This document shows positions 12,979 through 25,943 of a stretch of DNA of 64,000 bases, in pieces; the stretch's first letter is position 1, and every line of letters starts with the position of its first letter. The notes below the pieces were generated by a model that did not search any database, had not been told where the DNA came from, and saw nothing but the letters and a program-made list of their open reading frames with translations. The stretch covers positions 620,001 to 684,000 of the forward strand of contig JBODTK010000014.1 of assembly GCA_050613775.1 (NCBI GenBank). Reading direction: 5' to 3'. The stretch is from Neocallimastix sp. 'constans' (lineage: Eukaryota). Made by a program: the position numbers and the translations under genes.

Positions 12979-13991
12979 TGATTAACATTTTGATTATTAT
13001 TATTATAGTTATTATTATTAAAATAATTATTACTTGTTTTATTTTTAGTATAATAATTATTATTATTATAATTCTTGTTATTGTTTACGTGTGGGCTTGA
13101 ATGTTTCTTTCTTAAATTTTTATTACCATTATTATTTTTTAATTGGTCCTTACTTTTAATATTATTTTCAAATAAGATACACTTGGTATAAATATCACCA
13201 AGCTTTGTAGGGAATTCTTCCATTTTATCTATTTCTTCTTGGAACTTTGGGTGAAGTCCATTATAGAAAAATAAGACTAAAGCTTCTTCATCCCAAGACA
13301 GACCAGTAGTTAACGTTCTGAACTTTTCTATATAATTATTTATTTTACCATACGAATGTTTTAATTTTACTAACTGGATCTTAGCCAATTTTTTACTTGC
13401 AACATTCGTAAAAGTTTTCTTTATATCACTTAATAATTTCTTTAGTGTTCCTGGACGATTGTTCTCGTTATAGGTAGCAATATACCAATTTCTTGCGCCG
13501 TCTCTCAAACGAGATTTAACAAAGTTTATTTTTACTTCTTCTGGTAAACCTAAGTTGGGATAAGTTGAGAAAGTATCTTCATATAATTGACAGAATAAAT
13601 CGGTGTCATTAGTGTTACCTGAGAAGAATCCAGGTTCAGGTACTTGTTGCAAATTATTAGAATAACTATTTTTCATGATGACATCATTGTCTGCATCACG
13701 TCTGGTAGAAATAGAGGCGTTATCATCTTGATTTTGTGGTACAGATTGGCTAGAAGAGGGACCATCATTGGTACTAATTTTTATATCTAATTTCTCATTG
13801 AATATTTTAGTTAAATTAGAAAGTTGATTAATAATATTTTTATTATCTCTATTAAGTGTATAGAGTTTTTTCTGTAAGTCTTGATTATATTTATTAAAAT
13901 CTTCTTTTAATAAAAAGCTATCATTAACAGAAGAAGCTAATTCTGATACGGTAACTTGGGCGTCAGATCTTAACTTATTAACTTCTGACAT
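12969..13991 (-). CDS. gag: Gag of element K
   Basis: 340 aa ORF with PEPGFFSG...GARNW...FYNGL retrotransposon Gag motifs, between PBS and pol. Confidence 0.85.
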   Translation of the reverse strand: MSEVNKLRSDAQVTVSELASSVNDSFLLKEDFNKYNQDLQKKLYTLNRDNKNIINQLSNLTKIFNEKLDIKISTNDGPSSSQSVPQNQDDNASISTRRDADNDVIMKNSYSNNLQQVPEPGFFSGNTNDTDLFCQLYEDTFSTYPNLGLPEEVKINFVKSRLRDGARNWYIATYNENNRPGTLKKLLSDIKKTFTNVASKKLAKIQLVKLKHSYGKINNYIEKFRTLTTGLSWDEEALVLFFYNGLHPKFQEEIDKMEEFPTKLGDIYTKCILFENNIKSKDQLKNNNGNKNLRKKHSSPHVNNNKNYNNNNYYTKNKTSNNYFNNNNYNNNNQNVNQKN

Positions 13992-14066
13992 TGGGGCAAT
14001 GTCAGGTATTTCACTAGCCCAGACGTTCGTATAGTAAGATATATCAAGGTAGCAACTAAAACTAGG

Positions 14067-14076
14067 GTAAGGTTAT
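14067..14076 (-). promoter_or_regulatory. Self-priming PBS of element K
   Basis: ATAACCTTAC directly after the LTR, complementary to GTAAGGTTAT inside the LTR (14345-14354). Confidence 0.7.
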
Positions 14077-14789
14077 TGTTAAGATTTTGATATAATTTAT
14101 AGTTTAAATTTAAATAAAATAATATGGTTTATTAAAAAATATTCACTAAGTCGATATGTCTATATAGTAATATACTATATAGATATATAATAAAAATAAT
14201 AAATATTTAAATGTTTAGTTTAATAAAAATTTATTTATAATAAACTTTGATAATTAGAATTATCAAATTAATTTAATTTTAAATTTGTTTATTTTATTTA
14301 ATAATAAAATATCTATAATATATTACTATTAAGGTAATTTTACAATAACCTTACAAAGAACATAAAAGATAGATTTTTACATCTTTCTTTTATACTTTGT
14401 AAGTTACATAATAATAATATTTAATTATAAGATAGTAATAATATAGTAATATAAATAATAATAAAATATAAGGATAAATTTAATTATATAATTAATTTGA
14501 ATAATTGAATTTAATATAGATATGTTGTAAACATATATAAAAACATAATATAAATAAAATACACGTGACGTCAAATGTATCATTGAAATTAATTATTAAT
14601 ATAAACCTTATTTATTAATATTCTCAGAATTATTAGGCCTAAGATAACCCTTTAAATATTAAACAAGAATTTATATTAATTATTAATTATTTAAATATAT
14701 ATATTATTTATAATTAAATAAATAATATTTTTAATTATTGAAATGTAAATAACTGAAATTGAGATTTCAATTCAGTTATAATTTCAACA
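14077..14789 (-). mobile_element. 5' LTR of element K
   Basis: TGTTGAAA...CTTAACA on the minus strand; near-identical reverse complement of solo LTR 35110-35818. Confidence 0.9.
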
Positions 14790-14832
14790 ATTATTAATAA
14801 TAAAATAAAGATTATTAATTCATTCTTTACCA
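14790..14832 (-). mobile_element. Terminal remnant of a family G LTR
   Basis: Matches the last 43 bp of 37909-38922 (...CATTCTTTACCA). Confidence 0.75.
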
Positions 14833-14844
14833 ATTTATCAATTA

Positions 14845-15354
14845 TGATACGATATATTTTATTTATGTATCTAAATTAATATTTATTTTATTTTATTTGG
14901 ACGATAACAGTAGGGAATAATTGACAAAATAATATATTCTAATATTATATAGAATAATACACACAATAATAATATTCACACTTTAATATTTAGTTTATTT
15001 ATTTTATTTATTTATTATCATTCATCAATAAAAATACATCATCAATATAAATATTTGTTAACTAGTTAAAATATAATTAAATCATTCAATAAAATATAAT
15101 TAATACTAAAATCTCTTATGTTATTAATATAAACTAAATATATAAAACTACACTAAACTATACTAATAAACATGTTTTTAGGTTAAATTATTAATAAAAC
15201 TAGATTAATATTAATAAAAGAACCATTCTTTAAACTATTATAATTTACTAACTATATATATTATTACTAAATTATTATTAACCAATAAGATTTCATCAAA
15301 TAATTTCTAACCTAAATTTCACTAAATTATGGTATTTATGGTAGTACCGTATCA
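14845..15354. mobile_element. Solo LTR family H
   Basis: TGATACG...CGTATCA terminal inverted repeat; TSD ATTA both sides; homologous to 34619-35869. Confidence 0.8.
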
Positions 15355-16219
15355 ATTATGTTATGGTTCGGGTTTTATTAAAATTTTTATTTAATTATTT
15401 ATTTTTAATATTTTTCTGTCTACATTTTAATTATTGAAAAACTTCACTTATTTATACTTTTTGAAAAAAAATAAATATGTAAAGCCTTTCTACATTTTAT
15501 TATCATATTTAAAAAAAATAATTTACTATTACTAATTAATTAAAATTTTATATTAATTTAAATTAACTAATTCATAAGTATTTTTATTTTAATAAATTTT
15601 GTTTATATAATTTTATATTATTTTTCATATACTAAAACTAAATTATTTAATATATACGAAAATTAACAAACATAATTTAAAAAGATTTTACAGAAAAATA
15701 AAGTTATTTTAATCAAGAATGTTAATATAATATTCTTATTTTTTATATAAAATAAATTTAAAAACTATAATATATTTAATATTTATTATTAATCAATTAA
15801 GATTTGATTTTATTTGTGGGAAATAAAAATATTAAATAATCAATTTAAAAATAAAATAAAATACTAAAAAAAAAATACAAGTTTAATATTGATACAATAT
15901 AATAATAATATAATAATATATTTGAAAATAAAAATAAAATATTAATATTGATAATAAACACTTTAATAAAATAATAAAATTTAAGGTTAAATTATAGATA
16001 TTGATATTAATAATAAAAATATAGAATTATTGATAATATTTTAGAAACTTTTAATAAAAATAAAAAAAAAATATATTTAGAAAATATTTTAGTATAGAAA
16101 ATATAGTAAAGTAATATTAAGTAAAGAATAATATAATGGATTATAAAGTAAGTTGAAATTCTAATTAATAATCCATTATATGTTCGTTCTTTACCAAGAT
16201 GCCCCCACTAAGACTCAAG

Positions 16220-19200
16220 CTAATCTATAGCTGAGTTATACTTTACTATATTTTTCAAATGAACATTACGATTCATTTGAATCATAGTATTTGGGTCCGC
16301 AAGTGTTACGGTATTAAATTGTTTTTTTATTACTTTTAAAGAACCGACAAAATAAGGTTCTAATTTAGAACGACTAAAATTTCGAACAAGAACTAAATCA
16401 CCGATTCTTATGTTTTTGGAATTTTTCATGCTATTTTTTTTTCTTCCCTTCGATTGGCCCAATATTTACTTGCGTTCTTTACATTTTCAGCTGCTTCCAT
16501 GGTCCACCTATAATGTGAGATAAATTTTTCTAAAAGAATTTCATCTGAAGATTTATTCACTCCTTGTGTAGGTCTAGCAGCAATGTCGAAAGGCTGTTGA
16601 TCCTCATGACCATAAACTAATTCGAAGCTAGAATGTTTGGTTACAGAATTCTTTGAAGTTCTAAGGGCCCACAAGGCTGAAGGTAATACTTCATCCCAGT
16701 CTTTATTTTCTTCACCAAGTAATCTCAATAATTTACCAATTTCTTTATTCCTATTTTCAACCAATCCATTACTTTCTGGGTGATAGGTAGTGGTAAATTT
16801 TACGTAAACATCATAAGTCCAGGAATATTTTAGTCATATCCGATGTGAATTGAACGCCATTATCCGTTGTAATGACTTGAGGAACTCCATGTCTAGCGAA
16901 AACATTTATTAAAAACTTAATGATGTCCTTAGATGTAATATTTTCAGTAGGTTCAGCCTCCACCCACTTTGTGAAATAATCCACCGCAACAATGATATAT
17001 TGGTTTTTATTACCAGTCTTTATTAAGGGACCAATAATATCAAGTCCAAGATGAGTAAAAGGGCCTTCAACTTCTGTTGGAATGTTTTCGGTTGGTTCTG
17101 GATATGGCTGAGGGCGATTTAACTGACATTTTTCGCATTTTGAAATTATCCGTTTTATATCGTTGACCATATCATTCCAGTAGTAACTTTTTCTAAGTCT
17201 TTGATATGTTTTATAATAACCTTCATGGCCAACATGATGTGCTTCGAGAATTAATTTTAGTTTTTCATTTGTTTCGGTAACAAGTTTTCTATAATTATTT
17301 CCATCTATAAAATAATCTATACCATCAATCTTTGTAAATTTTTCTTCAATAAATTCTTTAATTACTTTAGAAAGTGAATCATTTTCATCATCTTTATTCG
17401 TTTTTATAGCTAATACCTTTTGTTCTTTATCGTTCTTCATTCTAGATAAAGCGTCGGCTACTACATTCTTTTTACCTTGCTCATAGCGAATATCCACTTT
17501 TAGCATACTTGCAGTCAAACACCATCTTGCTTGTCGTGCATTATTCGGTTCCTTATTATTAAATAAACCTAGTAAAGGTTTGTGATCTGTAAAAACTATG
17601 GTTCTAAAGGGGCTTCCCATAATATAAGGTTTTAATTTAGTAATACAATAATATAAAGCCGTTCCTTCCAAATCGGTTATTCCATAATTCTTTTCTGCTT
17701 TGGTTAAGCTACGGCTAATGAAATGAATCGGGTGTTCTATTTCCGATTCGTCTTTATGCAATAAAACTCCACCAATACCTTCATATGATGCATCTGTTCG
17801 AATAATGAATTCTTTGGAAAAATCAGGATATTTTAAAATAGGAGCATTAATTAATTTTTCTTTTAATTTGGTAAAACTTTGTTTTTGTTCATTATTCCAT
17901 TTATATTTTACGCCTTTTCTTAATAGCTTACAAAGAGGAGCTGAGGTTTGAGCACATTCATTTATAAAGTTCCTATAATATCCTACAGCACCTAAGAATG
18001 ATCTTAACTCATGTATATTCGTGGGTTCTTTCCAGGCTTTAATTGCTTCAATTTTACTATTTTGAGGACTAAGACCCTTAGTAGAAATCATGTGACCAAG
18101 AACTTCAACTTCCGTTTGCATAAAGTGACATTTTTCAATATTAATTTTTAATTTATGTTCCTTGAAGATGGCTAATACCTGTTTTATGTGTTGGATATGT
18201 TCTTCGACAGTTTTTGAATATATAAGTATATCATCAATAAAGTTGAAAACGCATTTTCCGATTAAAGGAAATAAAATTCTATTCATCTCCCGTTGGAAGG
18301 TAGCCGGAGCTCCAGTTAATCCGAAAGGCATAACTTTGAATTGGTAGTTGCCAAATTTGGTTGTAAAACTGGTTATTTCAACACTTTCTTCGTCCATTAG
18401 GATTTGATGGTAACCTGAGTATAGATCCATAGTAGTAAAGATTTTGGCACCATCTAGACTGTCAAATATCTCGTCAATATATGGAAGGGCATAAGAGTCT
18501 TTTTCGGTTAGATCATTCACCTTGCGGTAGTCCACACACAATCTCCATTTTCCATTAACCTTTGGGACCACAACAACAGGTGAAGACCATTCTGAATAAG
18601 ATGGTACAACTAGCTTTTTCTTAATAAGTTTAATTAGTTCTTCTTTAATAATATCAGATTTAAATTTGGTTACTCTGTAACATCTTTGTTTAACAGGTTT
18701 TGCGTTCGCTTTCAAGTTAATTTTATGAGGGGCCAAGTCTGACGGTGTTAATTCTTCAGAAGATGTCGCTATAATGTCCAAGTTTTCTTCAAGTAATTTT
18801 ACTATTACATCTTTATAATCTTTACAAAGACTTGCTAAAAATTTTTCATCATGGATATACTCTTGCGGAGATAGACCTTCAAGTTTCTTTAATTCATTAG
18901 TTGTGTCTTCATCTTCAAGTATTTTCCTTACTATACATACTAATTCTTCTTCTTCTTGGGAATTATTATTAATAGGAGCTATAACGTCGATTAGTCCTTG
19001 AGAATTAAATTGACATAAACTATATCTTATAGGATGGATAAAAAGATTGTGTTCTACTTGAGTTTGAAAATTAATCAACAAATCATAAAATGGGTCATCA
19101 TCATCAATTATTCGAAAGTCTACTATCATTTTATAATCATTAATCTTAACAGGTATTCGTACAATGATTCCTTCCGAATACTCATCATTCTTAGTCGCTA

Positions 19201-20335
19201 AACGTATCCTTCCACGACTAATACCTACTTCTTCATAATTTCCAGGTAATTTCTCATAAAATTTTTTTGTGATAACATTGAGGTTACTACAAGAATCAAT
19301 AAGTGCTTTACCAGGAATTTCATCTACTGTTACATCAACCATGGCAATATCTTCTGAGGTTTCCTTACTTTTGCTAATATAAGAGTGATCAATATTATTT
19401 ACCAAAGTAGCAGCAGCAATAGTATTGTTTAATGCACCTATTATTTTCTTTTCAGGTTTTTCTAATTTTAATCCTTGACTTACTTGACTTCTGACTTTTG
19501 GAGAAACATTGAGGAGCTGACCGAAACTAATATTACACTTGGTTTCATTCAAATCTTGTAAAACATCATTTTCTTCCTGATCCTTACACATCTTGATGTT
19601 CCTAAGCGTTCTACTAATTGTTGCTTTTTCTTTAGGCTCTTGAAAATCTATGAGCTTCTGTAATGTAATATTCTCATGACCTTCGTCATTAAGCTTTTCA
19701 GGAACTTCAATAACTTCCATTTCATTGACTTGTTTTGTTTTAATAATTTTATCGTTTTCATTATCGATTAATTTATTTAATCGTTGATGCATTTTATCAC
19801 TAGTAGTACTGATGCTATTTCTTTGTTTTGAAGAATCCAGACTTTGCTTTTCTCTTATAGTAATATTATCCTCCCTTTCCTTTCTTTTTCCCTTGTTATT
19901 TCCAAAGTTAGCTCTTTCTTTATTTCGAATTTGTTTTTCTTTGGCTTTCTCAATATTTATATTAGGCTGCGCCATTATCGAAGGATGTAGTTGATTTTTA
20001 TTTTTAACAATTATTCTATTTTCTATTTCTTTCTCTTTTATCTTTCTTATTGCAGGAGTTGTTATAGGGGTAGGATTATCTTTGAGACTTTTACGTTGTC
20101 TCTTTTCATTATTTTCACTAGTTTCATCGTTAGTCGTCAACTTCCTTTTTGTCGCACTAACTATAAATTCTACATCATTCTCATTATCGGATTCTTTGTG
20201 AGTTTCATTAGTGTAGGAAGAATCTTCTTTTTCTTCCTTATTATAATCTTTTGTACTACTAGGAATAGTTTTGTATTGTAATGAAGCTATTTTATTTTTA
20301 TAGGGAGTGCTTCCTCTCCCTTTTAGTGGTTTAAA
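16220..20335 (-). pseudogene. pol: Pol of element F (PR-RT-RH-IN), two frameshifts in integrase
   Basis: ORFs 16811-20140, 16426-16764, 16220-16462 are colinear with intact pol 38946-42995; breaks may be mutation or assembly error. Confidence 0.9.
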
Positions 20336-21216
20336 GATTTTCCACTATATAACCGTTTCTTATTTTCTTGAATAATTGCATTTAACTTAGGACAATTATA
20401 CTGCAAATGTCCTGGATCGCTACAATAAAAACAGGCTTTAATGGTAAGATTTTTCATTTTTTTTGTTAAGTCCTCCAATTCGTAATCTTTATTTCTTTTT
20501 GGGCTTCTAACTTCATAATTCTCTCTTACTACCTTTCTGTTGTTTTGATAATTATTCCTGATATTTATTCTTGGGTTGACAATTTCAGTTGAGTACTCTT
20601 TTGAGGGTCTCAAATTCATTACTCTATCAACTTTTTCGGCAATGTCAAACGCCCGATTTAAAGAAATGTCATCCTTAAGGGAGACCCTTTTCCAAGCTTC
20701 TTTATTGTTCCTAAGAGCATCAATATAATCGAGAACACTGACTCGCTTCTTTCTTTTCTTATCTAATTTCAAATATATGGATCGGAAACGAGTATTAAAG
20801 TCTTTTACTCGCTCATTTCTTTTAATTCTTAAAGCACGGAGCTCACGAAGTAACATATTCTGGTCTTCTTTAAGACCATAAAAAGTTTCTATTGCTTCTA
20901 CAATTTCCTTTAAGGAAGGATATTCATCTTTTTTCTTTTCTTCTGAATCAGATTCTTCTTCTTCTTCGTCCTCACTTTCTGATTCAGAATCGGTACTGTA
21001 ACTGTCAATTAAATCCTGGATAACTTCGCGAGGCTCTCCAGTAGACGTGAGTAAGCAGGCGGTAAAAATCTTTTTGGGATCAGTAACTTCCTCAAGTTTT
21101 ATCCATAATCGGATTTCTGATTCCCAAGATTTGATATCGAGATTTTCCTTTGAAATTTTCTCGATATCTTTTAATTCCTTTTTTAATTCTTTAAAATTGA
21201 TTTTATTTTCAGCCAT
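20323..21216 (-). CDS. gag: Gag of element F with CCHC zinc knuckle
   Basis: CFYCSDPGHLQYNC; first ATG at 21216 (MAENK) aligns with gag 42992-43936. Confidence 0.9.
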   Translation of the reverse strand: MAENKINFKELKKELKDIEKISKENLDIKSWESEIRLWIKLEEVTDPKKIFTACLLTSTGEPREVIQDLIDSYSTDSESESEDEEEEESDSEEKKKDEYPSLKEIVEAIETFYGLKEDQNMLLRELRALRIKRNERVKDFNTRFRSIYLKLDKKRKKRVSVLDYIDALRNNKEAWKRVSLKDDISLNRAFDIAEKVDRVMNLRPSKEYSTEIVNPRINIRNNYQNNRKVVRENYEVRSPKRNKDYELEDLTKKMKNLTIKACFYCSDPGHLQYNCPKLNAIIQENKKRLYSGKSLNH

Positions 21217-22500
21217 TTGAAAATTTAAAAATGGTATTAATGCTATGATATCCAATTTAAAAATATGTTTACTTTAAAAATATATTTAATAACAAAAAAA
21301 AATAAATTTATCTTTGTTTTATACTAATATAATTATGGACTCAGAAAACCCTCTGACAATCCAATTCTTTATTCCAATAATAATTCAGACTCAGAATCTC
21401 TCTCTGAAAATCTGATAAATTAATTCAGACTCGAAAACACCCTCCGAAAATCTGAAACAAAAAAAAAAAAAATTAAAATTCAGACTCAAAAACGCAATTT
21501 GAAAATCTGAAGCTTTTTATTATGAATTTTAATATTTATTATATTCTCTTAAGCATTAATACACAGAATATGTATATCTTGATTTTTTTTTTTATTTATT
21601 TGTAGTAATAACTTATTTATTTAATTTTATTCAATATATTTATTTCCTTTATTAAAATAATTAATATAACATAAAACAAATTGTATAAATACTTAAATAA
21701 TAATAATAATATATATTTATTTTTATTTTTATTTTTTTTTTTTTTTTTTTTTTTGTATATATTTAATATTCTATTAATTCTTTGTTATAACATTTAATGA
21801 AATGAAATATTAAATAAAAAGTTAAAATACAAGCCAAACTATATAGTGTTGAACCATCAAATATATAGCTTGTTAACCCTTCTTACAATAAGTCCCCTTA
21901 GCTCTTTATTGATAAGTTGATAATGTCGATTGCTAATTATTAAGAAACTTAATAAAAAGAAGGTAGCAATATTAAATTCTTTTTAATTTGGCTAACTTAT
22001 TGTTAGTAATAAAGAAGATAATAACGTATCCTTCCCAGTATCAACAAGATCAAAACAATAAAGTATTATGTGTGGGTGTTCAACTATCCCGCGTAGAGAG
22101 TTGTAAGACAGCTTATTTATATTTTTCTTTTTAATTAAAATTTAATTAATTATATAACGAATAATAGAAAATTTAACACACAAAAAAAAAAAAAATTCAA
22201 TTATAAAAATTTCAATAAAAAAAAATTTAATTATATAAAATCATAAAAATAATACACTTATTTGAAAAATAATAATAATAATCTAATTTTATATATTCTA
22301 TATATATATATTGTACATGTATAATTAAAAAAAATAAAATAAACTGATAAACATAAAAAAATTACAATTTATTATTTAGAATTAAAAAAAAAAAATTTAT
22401 TTATAAAATTTATTATTATTTAAAAAAAATTAAAAATTTGTACTACAAAAAAAAAATTTTTGCTTATTATTTTAATATTTATCATTAATTAAAAAAAAAA

Positions 22501-22543
<43 letters not shown>

Positions 22544-23972
22544 TATATAAATCTATATCTATGATAATACTATTGGTTAAAAAAAAATTTTTTTTTTTTA
22601 AAAAGTTTGTTCTACACTAAAGAAAAATTTAATTTATTATTTATTAAAAAAAAAAAATTTATTAATGAAATATGAAATATTTATTATTTTAATAAAAGGA
22701 AAAAATATATATATTTTTTTATTTTATTGCAAAAAAAAAAATAATAATAATAATAATAATAATAGACGAACAAATTTATAAAAGCCTAAAATAAAAATAA
22801 AAAAAAAAACTATATATTTTAACGTCACTTCGCAAGAATGACCAGGGTTTTATCAGGGATCGAACCTGACCCACCTCTTATTTTCTACGCGAGTGAACAA
22901 ACTATCACCTGTTGAAGTGTGTAGTTGCCTTCAGCGTGAAGGTTTTATAGTTCTAGGGCGTATTTGCCTAATTGTCAAGGATTTGTTCCTTGAGATACTC
23001 GCTGTATGTAAAATATTTAATAATTTGAATACGTATTTAAATGTAATGTAATGTAAATTATTGTGGATAAAAATGTTTTCCAAATTTTTAATATAAATTT
23101 AAATGTATTCCAAATTATTAATTTAAATAATTTTCTCAAAAATTTATGACTAAATTATTTGGAGAATTTATGTAACAATTACTCAGTTGAATCACGAAAC
23201 TTCATAAATTAAAAAATAATTAGTCATTAATTAGTTAAATTAAAATAATTAAAGGAATATTGCCTTTTCCGTTTGTTTACAAAAACTTGCCGTTTTGTTT
23301 ACTTGTCTTTTAAATTATAGAAATTCTAAAAATAAAAATAGCAAGTTGTGGTTTAGTAAATTGGTTTTCACAACTTGGCAAAATTTAAATTAAATATATG
23401 GATAGAATATATTTAATCATATAATTAATGAATTAAACTCTAAATTTTCTTCATAGAAAATTTTAGAAAAATTAGATAGTTTTAAATAGGATTTATATTA
23501 AAATAATTCATAACATTTCATGTAATTTATTAAATAATGTAATTGATAATATAAAATAATATGTTTATGTAATTTATTAAAATTTATTTTGATTTAAAAC
23601 TTTATTTTGAAAAAGTATAAAAAGAGTTAATTTTTCAACTATTGAACGATAGTTGGAAAATCGTATAGAATAGGAAAATTTAAATTTTATTATTAGTCTC
23701 GTAACTATTATTAGAATAGTTACTTTCTTATAAAACAATTATATTATAGTTTGTAAAATCTTAACTGCTAGTGGGAACTCCGGAAAGGACCCTGCGTTAC
23801 CCAGTTAAGTGGTTGTTGAAAATTAGTTAATAAATAAAATAAATAAATAAAAGAAATTAAAAAAGAAAATAATTAATTAAATAATAGAGGTTTAAGATAT
23901 AGTGTTATTAGTGTAGTAAAGTTAGTTTAGAATAGCCACAAACCTAGACTTGATAAGTACTTTATTTTACAC

Positions 23973-24546
23973 TGTAACGAAACTCATAACTAGTAAATTA
24001 GTAATTATGGTTCAATGGTAAGTTATCATAACCATCGGGCTGAACCCTTAGGGTTCGACACCTACTCTTTCCAAATTTTAATAACTTTTTATTTATTATA
24101 ACTAGAATATTAAAGAAATTACTAGTTTTTATCGGTTAAACAATTGAACCGATAAAACTAGAAAAATCTATTTTATTAATATTTTTTATCATTTTTTATC
24201 TAAGATTCATTTTCTAGAAAGAAAACTTGTTTTCTTTAATTTTCTTTAATTTTCTTTTATTTCTAATAATTACTAATAACAACTGATAACTTAAAATAAT
24301 TAATTTTCCTGAAAAACTATAAATAGGTGTAAAATTTCATAATAAAATATTTTTACTTGTGCTTTTATTAATTAATTTTAAAGTAATTTAAAATATTACA
24401 ATGATTAATTAATAAAATAATAATTTACATTTTTTACTAATAAAAAAACTTATTTTAATAAAACATATTTTAAATTACTTTAGTGTCGAGAACCTTTCGT
24501 GTAAAAAACCTTATAACAATCTTAAGTAACATTAAGATTTGTTACA
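23973..24546 (+). mobile_element. Solo LTR family C nested in the leader of element F
   Basis: TGTAACG...GTTACA; same A/B-box layout as 3902-4545; no clean TSD. Confidence 0.65.
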
Positions 24547-24747
24547 CTCGCGTTTACAATCTACAAAACCTTGCAAAATTGTAAATAAGAGTTTATGAAA
24601 TTAATATCCTGCAAGCTAACACTGTCTTACTCAATATTATTAACTTCGTAAATTTGTTAACTTTTTATTATTTTTTTTTTTATTATTATTTTTTTTATCT
24701 ATAATCTATAATTAAATAAAGTTACTACAAAAACTAAAGTTTTCCAA

Positions 24748-24791
<44 letters not shown>

Positions 24792-25073
24792 ATAACTTTT
24801 ATTATTATTAATATTAATATTAAATTATTAATTATTATTATTTAACAAAACTTATGGATAATCTGATAGTATACCCTGTCTGACGTGCAGCTTGCCTCTT
24901 CACGGCGTCATGCCACGCGGGTACCACGGCTACTGTATTCAATATAAAATACAGCAGTCCAGAGCCTACTAGCCCAATTACTATGTAGGTTAAACTTAGC
25001 CCGGAAATCTATATCCAAGGCTTTGTTAAATAATTTAATTAATAAATAATATTAAATTTTATTTTTCTAATAA

Positions 25074-25091
25074 TCCCCGATATCTCCACCA
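25074..25091 (-). promoter_or_regulatory. PBS, probably tRNA-Ala
   Basis: TGGTGGAGATATCGGGGA, complementary to a tRNA 3' end ...TCTCCACCA; identical at 45676-45693. Confidence 0.8.
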
Positions 25092-25943
25092 TAAATTATG
25101 TTATGGTTCGGGTTTTATTAGAATTTTTATTTAATTATTTATTTTCAATATTTTTCTGTCAACATTTTAATTATTGAAAAACTTCACTTATTTATACTTT
25201 TTGAAAAAAAAATAAATATGTAAAGCCTTTCTACATTTTATTATCATATTTAAAAAAAATAATTTACTATTACTAATTAATTAAAATTTTATATTAATTT
25301 AAATTAACTAATTCATAAGTATTTTTATTTTAATAAATTTTGTTTATATAATTTTATATTATTTTTCATATACTAAAACTAAATTATTTAATATATACGA
25401 AAAGTAACAAACATAATTTAAAAAGATTTTACAGAAAAATAAAGTTATTTTAATCAAGAATGTTAATATAATATTCTTATATTTTATATAAAATAAATTT
25501 AAAAACTATAATATATTTAATATTTATTATTAATCAATTAAGATTTGATTTTATTTGTGGGAAATAAAAATATTAAATAATCAATTTAAAAATAAAATAA
25601 AATACTAAAAAAAAAATACAAGTTTAATATTGATACAATATAATAATAATATAATAATATATTTGAAAATAAAAATAAAATATTAATATTGATAATAAAC
25701 ACTTTAATAAAATAATAAAATTTAAGGTTAAATAATAGATATTGATATTAATAATAAAAATATAGAATTATTGATAATATTTTAGAAACTTTTAATAAAA
25801 ATATAAAAAAAAAATATATTTAGAAAATATTTTAGTATAGAAAATATAGTAAAGTAATATTAAGTAAAGAATAATATAATGGATTCTAAAGTAAGTTGAA
25901 ATTCTAATTAATAATCCATTATATGTTCGTTCTTTATTAATTA

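Larger units (their letters stand above)
15359..25939 (-). mobile_element. Full-length gypsy element F (LTRs 15359-16196 and 25099-25939)
   Basis: Paired ~840 bp LTRs with several substitutions, TSD ATTA, PBS 25074-25091, PPT 16197-16210, gag and pol. Confidence 0.95.

Noticed and set aside
8670..20281. Short + strand ORFs opposite pol (also 42112, 52428, 53292, 55796, 56213)
   Set aside because: Antisense shadows of real minus-strand ORFs
24001..24075. Family C A/B-box unit as a true tRNA gene
   Set aside because: No acceptor stem or consistent anticodon arm in either copy
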